From Candidatus Adlerbacteria bacterium (GTDB taxonomy: Bacteria; Patescibacteriota; Minisyncoccia; Phycocordibacterales; SBAW01), in the NCBI GenBank assembly GCA_037135035.1, contig JBAXLB010000004.1, positions 1 to 60,403 of the forward strand: a DNA stretch of 60,403 bases, written 5' to 3'. Each line of letters opens with the position of its first letter. Position 1 is the stretch's first letter. Both the position numbers and the translations under genes were made by a program. A model generated the notes under the pieces. The model searched no databases and had not been told where the DNA came from. It was given only the letters and a program-made list of their open reading frames with translations. This document shows positions 53,132 through 60,403 of the stretch, one piece after another.

Positions 53132-54404
53132 GAAAAGAAGTATACTGAAAATTATGTGGTTTAGAAAGAAGCGGCTCTATGTCGACGCAGCGGCGGCAAC
53201 GCCTATCTCGCCCCGCGCCAAGCAGGAACTGGTGCGCTTGCTTGACCTCTACGGCAACCCGGGTGCGCTGCACAAAGAAGCGGTTGAGGCAAAAAAAGAG
53301 CTCGACCTGGCACGGGACAGTATCGCCGCTTCTATTGGTGCGCACGCAGACGAAATTATTTTTGTCGCAAGCGGAACGGAGGCGAATAATTTAAGTATTA
53401 CCGGGGTGCTCCTACCACTGTTGCGCGCAGGAAAAAAAGCCTCGCCCGTGGACGGTCTACGGCCGAGGGTACATGCCATAACAAGCGTCATAGAGCACCA
53501 TTCGGTATTAGAACCTCTGCGAGCGCTCCAGAGCGAAGGGCTGTTACTTACGGAACTACCTGTCGACAGCGAGGGTCTTGTTTCAGCAGAACAAGTCACA
53601 AACGCTATCACCGACACAACAGTATTTGTTTCAGTACAACTTATAAATAGCGAAATAGGAACGATAGAACCTATTCGCGATATTGCGAAAGTGTTGCGTC
53701 GCGCATCTCATAAAATTTATTTCCACTGCGACGCGTCGCAGGCACCGCTGTGGTTACCGGTGAATGTGGAAAAATTAGGCGTCGACTTACTAACGCTCGA
53801 TGCACAAAAAATTTTAGGGCCAAAAGGGGTGGGAGCGTTGTATGTGCGCCGTGGCGTTGTGCTTGAACCTATGATGCGCGGCAGTAAACAAGAGCGGGGG
53901 CTCCGTGGTGGGACAGAAAACACTCCGCTTGTAGGTAGCTTTGCAGTTGCGCTTGCCGCTGCGCAAAAAGGAGTAATTGAGCGTGCAGCGCGTATAGCAG
54001 CGGTACGCGACGCATGCATTGCTGAAATACAAAAATATATTCCCGACGTACACATTAACGGGCCTGCGCAGAACCCTCTGCGTCAGTCTGCGGTTCCGCA
54101 ACCGGGTTCTGCTCCGGCCTTTCCACATCGGGTGGCAAACAATATCAACCTTTCAGTGCCCGGGCTCGATAGGGAAATGGCCGTCATAGGGCTCGATGCA
54201 GAAGGCGTTGCTGCAACCACACGTTCGGCCTGCAATGTTGTCGACAAAGACCCGTCACATGTCATAGAGGCAATTGGAACTCCGAAAGAATTGCACACCA
54301 CTGCTATACGAATTACCTTTTTACCCGACGCGACTCATGCCGACGCACGCCGTGTTGCGCGTGCACTTACAGAAATTGCCAGACGTTACCGCAGCGTTGT
54401 ATAA
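53130..54404 (+). CDS. cysteine desulfurase (class V aminotransferase, NifS/IscS-like)
   Basis: Track ORF 52797..54404. The family N-terminus starts near ATG 53130 or 53154 (LYVDAAAATP). Motifs are GTEANN, HCDASQA, LDAQKILGPKGVGALY (PLP Lys) and the Cys loop RSAC. Confidence 0.8.
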   Translation: MKRSILKIMWFRKKRLYVDAAAATPISPRAKQELVRLLDLYGNPGALHKEAVEAKKELDLARDSIAASIGAHADEIIFVASGTEANNLSITGVLLPLLRAGKKASPVDGLRPRVHAITSVIEHHSVLEPLRALQSEGLLLTELPVDSEGLVSAEQVTNAITDTTVFVSVQLINSEIGTIEPIRDIAKVLRRASHKIYFHCDASQAPLWLPVNVEKLGVDLLTLDAQKILGPKGVGALYVRRGVVLEPMMRGSKQERGLRGGTENTPLVGSFAVALAAAQKGVIERAARIAAVRDACIAEIQKYIPDVHINGPAQNPLRQSAVPQPGSAPAFPHRVANNINLSVPGLDREMAVIGLDAEGVAATTRSACNVVDKDPSHVIEAIGTPKELHTTAIRITFLPDATHADARRVARALTEIARRYRSVV

Positions 54405-54412
54405 TAGAGTTA

Positions 54413-55213
54413 ATGGACCTTGAGCAGCTGACCAAACACCAAATAATTCTGCTCACGCTGCTGGTCAGTTTTGTGACGTCCATTGCGACAGGTATTGTGA
54501 CCGTGTCGCTGATGAGCCAAGCCCCAACAAGTGTGACGCGCACTATTAACCAAATAGTCGAACGCACCGTACAAACGGTAGTACCGCAAACGCAAGGTGC
54601 CGCAGTTGTCACAACGGAAAAAACAGTTATTGTCAAAGACGACGACCTGACAGCGCAGTCTATCGCTGCAGTACAAAAAAGCATTGTACGCATTACCGCA
54701 AAAGGTGGTGACGAGCTCGTGGCCCGTGGGGTCATTGTCGACGCAAAAGGTACTACGCTAACCGACTCTGCTGCACTTGCAGCGTCCGGTGCAGAAGCGT
54801 TTGAAGCCATATTGTCCGACGGCACACGTGTCCCGGTGACGGTGATGTCATCGGCCACAACAACACCAATTGGGTTTGTAAATGTTACGTTTGGCACATC
54901 GACAGCAGCGGCCCCAGCGACACTGGCAGACACATCTAAACTGCAATTGGGCCAAAGCGTTATACGTATCGGGGGCACCGGCGCCGACACTGTGGGTGAA
55001 GGAGTTATTGCAAGTCTAGCTGTGGGGGCGGGGAATTCCCGTATGATTGAGGCAAGTGTACCGTCAGTAACTCCAGGCTCTGTTCTTATAACGTTGTTCG
55101 GCCAAATAATTGGTATTGTTACTGCAGACTCTGCGTTAGTAAGTAACGAGTTTTACACAGTAGCGACACTGCCCGCAGCGCCACCTGCAACCAAAACATC
55201 TCCTAAGCCGTAA
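54413..55213 (+). CDS. TM-anchored trypsin-like (HtrA/S1C-like) domain protein, probably non-catalytic
   Basis: N-terminal TM helix. The pattern SIVRI........ARGVIVDAKGTTLT, LSDGTRVPVTV and GQSVIRIGG fits an S1C fold. I see neither a TNNHV-type His nor GNSGGP. Confidence 0.45.
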   Translation: MDLEQLTKHQIILLTLLVSFVTSIATGIVTVSLMSQAPTSVTRTINQIVERTVQTVVPQTQGAAVVTTEKTVIVKDDDLTAQSIAAVQKSIVRITAKGGDELVARGVIVDAKGTTLTDSAALAASGAEAFEAILSDGTRVPVTVMSSATTTPIGFVNVTFGTSTAAAPATLADTSKLQLGQSVIRIGGTGADTVGEGVIASLAVGAGNSRMIEASVPSVTPGSVLITLFGQIIGIVTADSALVSNEFYTVATLPAAPPATKTSPKP

Positions 55214-55226
55214 TATATAGATATAT

Positions 55227-57914
55227 ATGCCACCATTTAACCACTTCACTACAAAAGCAAAAGAGGCCGTACGCCGCGCACACGAACTTGCGGTGGAACG
55301 TGGTCAAAACCAGGTGAGTCCGTTGCACCTGCTTGCTGCACTCCTTATACAAGAGGAGTCATTGGTCGTATCTATTGTCGACAAACTTGAAGTCGACATG
55401 ATTTTGCTCACAGACACCGTTCTTGAAGCGCTTGAAGGCGTGCCGGGAGGTTCCGTACTTTCGCCGTCCTACCAGCTGTATTTAACTCCCGAACTTGTGC
55501 AGGCACTTGAGCGGTCTGCAAAAGTTGCAACAGAACTCCACGACGAATTTGTGGCGACCGAACATTTATTTATTTCTATCCTCGACGTGCCGGGTACTGC
55601 ACGCGAAACGTTGTCGCGTTTCCGTATTTCGCGCGAGTCGGTGTTGCGTGCGCTGCAGGAACTGCGCTCAAGCAAAGTTACCTCTGCCGGCGGCGAGCAA
55701 AAGAAAAACCGCGCACTGGTTAAATACACACGGTCTTTGACCAAGATGGCTGCAGAAAATAAGCTCGACCCGGTCATTGGCCGTGACGAAGAAATACAGC
55801 GCGTTATACAAATACTTTCCCGCCGTACAAAAAACAATCCAATTTTGATAGGTGAGGCCGGCGTAGGCAAAACAGCCATTGCCGAAGGCTTGGCCTCGCG
55901 CATTGCAAGCGGTGACGTGCCCGACTCGCTCCGCGACAAAGAACTTGTCTCGCTCGACTTGGGGGCCCTTATTGCCGGCACCAAGTACCGCGGCGAATTT
56001 GAAGAACGCTTGAAGGCAATAATGAAAGAAATCGAGCGCTCCGAAGGCAAAGTGCTTTTGTTTATCGACGAGATCCACACCATGATAGGCGCAGGTGCGG
56101 CCGAGGGCGCCATGGACGCGTCGAACATGTTAAAGCCCGCCCTTGCGCGCGGCGACATACACGTTATTGGTGCTACAACACTCCGCGAATATCAAAAACA
56201 TATCGAACGTGACCCGGCCTTCCAACGCCGCTTTCAGCCGGTGTATGTGCTCGAGCCTTCGCTCGATGATGCAACGGCGATTTTGCGTGGGCTTAAAGAA
56301 AAGTACGAACTCTTCCACGGTGTGCATATTACTGACGACGCACTTGTGGGCGCGGTGCAACTTTCGGCCCGTTACATTCCAGACCGATTTTTGCCCGACA
56401 AAGCAATAGACTTGATAGACGAAGCGTCTTCGGCGCTGCGTATATCGCTCGAAAACAAACCACCGGTTTTGGAAGATGCACACCGCAAAATAATGCGCTT
56501 AGAGGTTGAAAAAGAGGCCCTCCGCAAGGAAGCTGCTGCAGACGGCGAGGGAGCAGCAAAAACACGCACCGGTGTTATTGAAAAAGACATTGCTGACTTG
56601 AAGGAAAAAACCGGCGAGCTTGAAATGCGCTGGAAGAACGAAAAACAAGTCTTGCTCGAAATAAAAGCTATTAAAAAAGAACTTGAAAGCCTGCGCATGG
56701 AAGCAGACTCGTCGGAGTCGGCTGTTGACCTCTCGCGTGCGGCAGAAATTCGCTACGGCGAAATACCTTCGCTTGAACGCGAGCTCGACCAAAAAACAAA
56801 ACGCCTTAAAAAATTGCAAAGCACGCGTCGCATTTTGAAGGAAGAAATTACCGAAACTGACATCGCCGCAGTTGTGTCTAAATGGACTGGTATCCCTGTG
56901 TCGCGCATGCTCGAAGAAGAGGCGGAAAAACTTTCGCGTATCGAACAGGTGCTTGAGGCACGCGTTGTCGGCCAAAACGAGGCAGTACAAAAAGTTGCCG
57001 ACGCGGTTAAACGCTCGCGTGCAGGCATTGCCGACCCAAACCGCCCCATTGCGTCATTTATGTTTTTGGGCCCAACGGGTGTTGGTAAAACAGAACTCAC
57101 TAAAGCCCTAGCCGAATTTATGTTCGACGATGACAAGGCGCTCATTCGTGTCGACATGTCGGAATATATGGAAAAACATTCCGTATCAAAAATTGTCGGT
57201 GCACCACCGGGCTATGTGGGCCACGAAGAAGGGGGAGCGCTAACCGAACTTGTCCGCCACAGGCCGTACTCGGTGTTGTTGTTCGACGAAATTGAAAAAG
57301 CGCACCCCGAGGTGTTTAACATTTTGCTGCAAGTGTTGGACAACGGTACTCTTACGGACGCAAAAGGTCGCCGCGTGAACTTCCGCAACACAATCATCAT
57401 CATGACGAGCAACATCGGCGCGCAGTACATCGACAAGATGGAACAGCTCGGCTTTACCGCGGGCGGCGCATCGGACGCAAGCAACTACACTATGGCAAAG
57501 GAGCGTGTGCAACAGTCTTTGAAAGACTACTTCCGCCCAGAATTCTTAAACCGCATTGATGAGATAATTATCTTCAACATTTTGGCACGCGAGGCTGTCA
57601 AAGATATTGTTGGTATACAGGTTAAAGAGGTGGTGCAACGCTTGATGCAGAAAAATATCACGCTCACTATAAACCCAGCTGTGTATGACTACTTGGCAAA
57701 AGAAGGGTACAACCCGCACTATGGTGCGCGCCCACTCCGCCGGCTTATACAAGACAAAATTCTTACAAAGGTTGCATCTCTGATGGTTTCCCGCGGCGTG
57801 CTTTCGGGTGGCACAGTGACAGTAGATATGAAGGGCGACGAATTTGTGTTTGATGTAAAAAAAGGCGCGAAGCGTGTAAAGAGCACCATCCAAAGCGACC
57901 TGCAGACGGTGTAG
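55227..57914 (+). CDS. clpB: ATP-dependent chaperone ClpB
   Basis: Clp N domain, two AAA+ modules ([20 protein letters not shown]) and a long middle coiled-coil domain. 895 aa. Confidence 0.95.
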   Translation: MPPFNHFTTKAKEAVRRAHELAVERGQNQVSPLHLLAALLIQEESLVVSIVDKLEVDMILLTDTVLEALEGVPGGSVLSPSYQLYLTPELVQALERSAKVATELHDEFVATEHLFISILDVPGTARETLSRFRISRESVLRALQELRSSKVTSAGGEQKKNRALVKYTRSLTKMAAENKLDPVIGRDEEIQRVIQILSRRTKNNPILIGEAGVGKTAIAEGLASRIASGDVPDSLRDKELVSLDLGALIAGTKYRGEFEERLKAIMKEIERSEGKVLLFIDEIHTMIGAGAAEGAMDASNMLKPALARGDIHVIGATTLREYQKHIERDPAFQRRFQPVYVLEPSLDDATAILRGLKEKYELFHGVHITDDALVGAVQLSARYIPDRFLPDKAIDLIDEASSALRISLENKPPVLEDAHRKIMRLEVEKEALRKEAAADGEGAAKTRTGVIEKDIADLKEKTGELEMRWKNEKQVLLEIKAIKKELESLRMEADSSESAVDLSRAAEIRYGEIPSLERELDQKTKRLKKLQSTRRILKEEITETDIAAVVSKWTGIPVSRMLEEEAEKLSRIEQVLEARVVGQNEAVQKVADAVKRSRAGIADPNRPIASFMFLGPTGVGKTELTKALAEFMFDDDKALIRVDMSEYMEKHSVSKIVGAPPGYVGHEEGGALTELVRHRPYSVLLFDEIEKAHPEVFNILLQVLDNGTLTDAKGRRVNFRNTIIIMTSNIGAQYIDKMEQLGFTAGGASDASNYTMAKERVQQSLKDYFRPEFLNRIDEIIIFNILAREAVKDIVGIQVKEVVQRLMQKNITLTINPAVYDYLAKEGYNPHYGARPLRRLIQDKILTKVASLMVSRGVLSGGTVTVDMKGDEFVFDVKKGAKRVKSTIQSDLQTV

Positions 57915-57935
57915 AGGTGGTGTATATAAAAAGGG

Positions 57936-57967
57936 AAAGGCGGTCACATTAACTTGTGCCGCCTTTT
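57936..57967. terminator. bidirectional terminator after clpB
   Basis: AAAGGCGG(T)CAC-ATTAACTT-GTGCCGCCTTT. A second hairpin, GCCCGTTT-CTAA-AAACGGGC, lies at 57968-57986. Confidence 0.65.
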
Positions 57968-57992
57968 GCCCGTTTCTAAAACGGGCCGAAAT

Positions 57993-58220
57993 TTACTTGC
58001 TCATGCCGTCCTTCCACAGAATGATAACGGCCTCCTGTCCATCGGGGCAGCTCTGCCCCGTGCGGCCGTCGTGTTTCTGGATCCACACCCGCTGGTTTTC
58101 CTCGTGATAGAGGACCCGGGGTGTATGGCATCGGGCCGGATCGTTGGCATCCTGCCAAAGGACATATCCAAGGCAACCGATGACGATTGCGCCAAAAATG
58201 CTGAGTCCGGCGAAAACGAT
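57993..58220 (-). other. protein-like 75-codon frame without a canonical start (possible ATC start or decayed gene)
   Basis: The frame is (I)VFAGLSIFGAIVIGCLGYVLWQDANDPARCHTPRVLYHEENQRVWIQKHDGRTGQSCPDGQEAVIILWKDGMSK-stop. It is bounded upstream by an in-frame TAA and has no ATG, GTG or TTG near the 5' end. It is GC-richer than its flanks. Confidence 0.25.
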
Positions 58221-58234
58221 TTTTTAAGGATATA

Positions 58235-58264
58235 TTGACAATAAGTTTATAAATGACATAATAT
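58235..58264 (+). promoter_or_regulatory. sigma70 promoter for 58303..58974
   Basis: TTGACA-17 nt-ATAATA. The RBS GAGGGAG precedes ATG 58303. Confidence 0.6.
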
Positions 58265-58302
58265 AAAAGAACGAACATTTGCATTTTTTGAGGGAGACAG
58301 AA

Positions 58303-58974
58303 ATGAAAGTCAATGATGATGACCTTGCTAAGGCCTCTCAGGTTTTTGCTCGGATCGGGGAACGAGGTTATGTCTGGAAACGACATTCTTTGAGCCCTGG
58401 CTTTAATCTCCAAAAAGAGATCGAAAAACAAACACTGCCGATGCTTGAAATTGGTGGGCCTACCAAGAGAGGAATATGTGATATCCGACCTTGGCGTGCC
58501 AAAGGAAAGACGGTTTTTGTAAGCAATCTCTTTCCTCAAAATCATAAAATTGGAGAAGATTGTCATATTCTACTCGACTTACGTACTGATGGTCAGTTGT
58601 TGCCAGTTCGCGACAGTTCACTTTCAGTCGTCTTCGCCTCCTGCATGATCAGAGATGTGCGACCTCTCATCATCAAGGAAGCGTCGCGAGTCCTTGCACC
58701 AGGTGGTCTGCTCGTTTGGAATGGTTTTCAGATGGGAGATCATCTGCAAGCGCAGAAGTGTGGTTTGGGGATAATTCAATATTTCTGGAAAATGTACGGC
58801 ATCTCGCATTTTGGTATCCGAACCCCGATAGACCTTGAACCTAGAGGTCTAACGATAGAGGAAATTAGTATGCGACTACCGACCCATTCCGAAACGTATT
58901 CGGGCGTTCCGAACCTTTCTCAAAAAAAGAAATTCGATCAGGAGCCAGACTACATGATCTTTCGCAAGCCGTAA
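58303..58974 (+). CDS. methyltransferase-like protein (class I SAM MTase fold)
   Basis: ORF 58279..58974. MLEIGGPT (motif I-like) and ASRVLAPGGLLVWNG. The gene is AT-rich. Confidence 0.5.
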   Translation: MKVNDDDLAKASQVFARIGERGYVWKRHSLSPGFNLQKEIEKQTLPMLEIGGPTKRGICDIRPWRAKGKTVFVSNLFPQNHKIGEDCHILLDLRTDGQLLPVRDSSLSVVFASCMIRDVRPLIIKEASRVLAPGGLLVWNGFQMGDHLQAQKCGLGIIQYFWKMYGISHFGIRTPIDLEPRGLTIEEISMRLPTHSETYSGVPNLSQKKKFDQEPDYMIFRKP

Positions 58975-58983
58975 TTGGTTTGC

Positions 58984-59022
58984 AAAAAGTCCTACTTCGA
59001 CAAGAAGCAGGACTTTTCTTTT
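58984..59022 (+). terminator. rho-independent terminator
   Basis: AAAGTCCT-(15 nt)-AGGACTTT followed by TCTTTTT. Confidence 0.65.
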
Positions 59023-59108
59023 TGGTGCGCCGGGGAGGATTCGAACCTCCGTAGGCCGAAGCCGCTTGGTTTACAGCCAAGTGTAATTGACCACTCTACC
59101 ACCGACGC
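59023..59108 (-). tRNA. tRNA-Tyr (GTA), CCA encoded
   Basis: Minus strand GCGTCGGTGGTAGAGTGGTCAATTAC; anticodon stem CTTGG/CCAAG with loop CTGTAAA; long variable arm; T arm GGAGG-TTCGAAT-CCTCC; CCGGCGC-A-CCA. Confidence 0.9.
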
Positions 59109-59188
59109 ATATGTGCTACGGAACACTATCAAGGTACCTTTTTTTCTGCATATTGTCGATTATTTATGATGTTACAATTAATTTTGTT

Positions 59189-60325
59189 ATGCCCTTGTTT
59201 AGCTCCCTCACCCCCCGCCTCCTTGCACTCGCAGTACCCCTTTTCATCCCCCTCGTAGCCTTTGCACAAACAATTGGCCTCGTACCTTGTGGCAACACTT
59301 CGGGCAACTACGTAGCCCTTGGTGGCATTAGCGAAGAAACAGCCAAACAAAACTACCTCACCGCCACTGCCTGCAACCTCTGCGACTTGGTCACGTTGGT
59401 ACAAAACATCGTCAACTTCCTTATCATGGTCTCCATACCAATTAGTGTTGCGCTGTTTGCGTGGGCAGGTATTTTGTACTTCACCTCTGCAGCAAACCCT
59501 AAAGGTGTTGCTCGTGCAAAGAAGATCTTTTCCGCTGTCTTTATTGGATTCGGCATTGCACTCTCAGGCTGGCTTGTTGTCCAAGTTATCCTCCAGAGTA
59601 TTACCAACAGTAACTTCTTTGTGGGTAGTAGCTGGACCAATATTCAGTGTGTAGACCCCAAACATGCGACTGACGGCAACAGGTACAGCAGTCTGCGACC
59701 TCGTGAGGCAAAGATTAATAGTATTTTGGAGCCTATTGATACCACAAAGGCACAGACTCCACCGCCTGCACCAGCTAATTCTGGAGCACCTATGCCTGAG
59801 TTGGGGCAGGAGCCGGTTACACCACCTGGACCGACAGAAGTCGACACCACCCCTGTTGGTAGTCCCGAACAAGATGCTGCGAATCGACGACAATTAACTG
59901 CCGCAGGTATACCAGTTGAATCAAGTGGTAACTGTAACAATCCGGCACAGAGTAACTGCACCGCACTTGATAGAGCAAATCAAAATATTATTGACGCCAC
60001 TATTCAGGTAGCACAAAATTCTGGCCAAAGTATTAAAGTTACCGGCGGCAACGAAGTGGGTCATCAAAACAGCCAGCAAACAAATGGAAATTCAGTCGAC
60101 ATTTCCTTCCAAAATGATGCTTTGAAGTTCAATTCTGATGCGATCAACTCTGTTATACAAGCAGCGCAAGCAAAAGGTCAGTGTGCGGTATGGGAGCCTG
60201 GTGTAGTAAACGGAGTGCCCAATCAATGCCCGGCCGGAGTAAAACCCTGTCTTCCTAATTACGGGACCAACGGACACTTTTCTTTGTATATGAGCCCGAG
60301 CGCTAGCCCGTCGTGCAATCTGTAA
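59189..60325 (+). CDS. secreted T4SS-pilin-like two-TM module fused to a P-rich linker and a Cys-containing C-terminal domain (possibly M15/cell-wall-peptidase-like)
   Basis: Track ORF 59087..60325; ATG 59189 gives the signal peptide MPLFSSLTPRLLALAVPLFIPLVAFAQ. The pilin-like core is LVQNIVNFLIMVSIPISVALFAWAGILYFTSAANPKGVARAKKIFSAVFIGFGIALSGWLVVQVIL. The C-terminal SQQTNGNSVDIS resembles S-x-H-x-x-G-x-A-x-D-I with Gln in place of His. Confidence 0.55.
   Translation: MPLFSSLTPRLLALAVPLFIPLVAFAQTIGLVPCGNTSGNYVALGGISEETAKQNYLTATACNLCDLVTLVQNIVNFLIMVSIPISVALFAWAGILYFTSAANPKGVARAKKIFSAVFIGFGIALSGWLVVQVILQSITNSNFFVGSSWTNIQCVDPKHATDGNRYSSLRPREAKINSILEPIDTTKAQTPPPAPANSGAPMPELGQEPVTPPGPTEVDTTPVGSPEQDAANRRQLTAAGIPVESSGNCNNPAQSNCTALDRANQNIIDATIQVAQNSGQSIKVTGGNEVGHQNSQQTNGNSVDISFQNDALKFNSDAINSVIQAAQAKGQCAVWEPGVVNGVPNQCPAGVKPCLPNYGTNGHFSLYMSPSASPSCNL
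59216..59270 (+). repeat. 55-nt exact direct repeat (second copy at 60349..60403, cut by the window end)
   Basis: CGCCTCCTTGCACTCGCAGTACCCCTTTTCATCCCCCTCGTAGCCTTTGCACAAA occurs at both positions. It encodes the signal peptide core LLALAVPLFIPLVAFAQ. Confidence 0.9.
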
Positions 60326-60333
60326 CCACTATT

Positions 60334-60403
60334 ATGCCCTCCTTCAAACGCCTCCTTGCACTCGCAGTACCCCTTTTCATCCCCCTCGTAGCCTTTGCAC
60401 AAA
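60334..60403 (+). CDS. 5' end of a paralog of 59189..60325 (partial, runs off the window)
   Basis: ATG 60334. MPSFKRLLALAVPLFIPLVAFAQ has a signal peptide identical to that of the upstream gene. Confidence 0.6.
   Translation, partial: MPSFKRLLALAVPLFIPLVAFAQ

Noticed and set aside
54367-54990. 207-aa minus-strand ORF
   Set aside because: It is antisense to the HtrA-like gene. Its A/V/T/S-rich composition mirrors the sense gene's codon bias.
57976-58566. 196-aa minus-strand ORF
   Set aside because: It crosses the strong plus-strand promoter and the 5' part of the 58303..58974 gene, and its composition is implausible. A different minus frame (57993..58220) looks protein-like instead.
1-60403. 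CRISPR arrays, rRNA genes, integrase, transposase or reverse-transcriptase genes, and prophage structural genes
   Set aside because: I saw no regularly spaced direct repeats of 25-40 nt, no rRNA signature sequences and no ORF with recombinase, transposase or RT motifs. The att-like tRNA repeats therefore have no cognate recombinase within this window.

Overview
This 60.4 kb chromosomal window is gene-dense and mid-GC by eye. It most likely comes from a reduced-genome bacterium; I infer Patescibacteria/CPR, Parcubacteria-like, but cannot verify this without a database. The inference rests on short IF-2 and ValRS, many small two-TM proteins, VirB2/TrbC-like pilin paralogs, scattered tRNAs and a small RNase P RNA. 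Housekeeping genes I recognise are murJ, lepA, valS, tsaD, tsaC, trxB, ftsZ, ftsA, ybeY, rpsU, lepB, pth, rpsA, gyrA, rbfA, infB and clpB. There are also 11 tRNA genes and an RNase P RNA. I found no rRNA, CRISPR array, integrase, transposase or reverse transcriptase. The observations most worth a second look are listed below.
- A proline-specifier T-box leader with an ultrashort Stem I sits in front of a 71-aa orphan ORF and a CsaA-like tRNA-binding protein.
- Three tRNA genes (Gly, Leu-UAG, Cys) are each followed within about 150 bp by a hairpin-rich spacer and a direct copy of their own 3' end. These look like att scars.
- A visibly GC-richer four-gene island with consensus promoters encodes an SPFH-like membrane protein and small Cys-containing secreted proteins. 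It lies next to the tRNA-Leu repeat.
- Four pilin-like two-TM paralogs are translationally coupled to an orphan solute-binding protein. Two further paralogs carry the same module fused to a C-terminal domain.
- An AT-rich two-gene cassette between tRNA-Val and tRNA-Ser abuts a truncated VOC gene.
- A roughly 240-nt structured intergenic RNA candidate lies upstream of rpsA.
- Several self-contained GC-rich micro-genes, a degenerate HisRS paralog, and a FemAB-like gene embedded among tRNAs are also present.

All coordinates were hand-counted from the printed sequence. tRNA and motif boundaries may be off by 1-2 nt.
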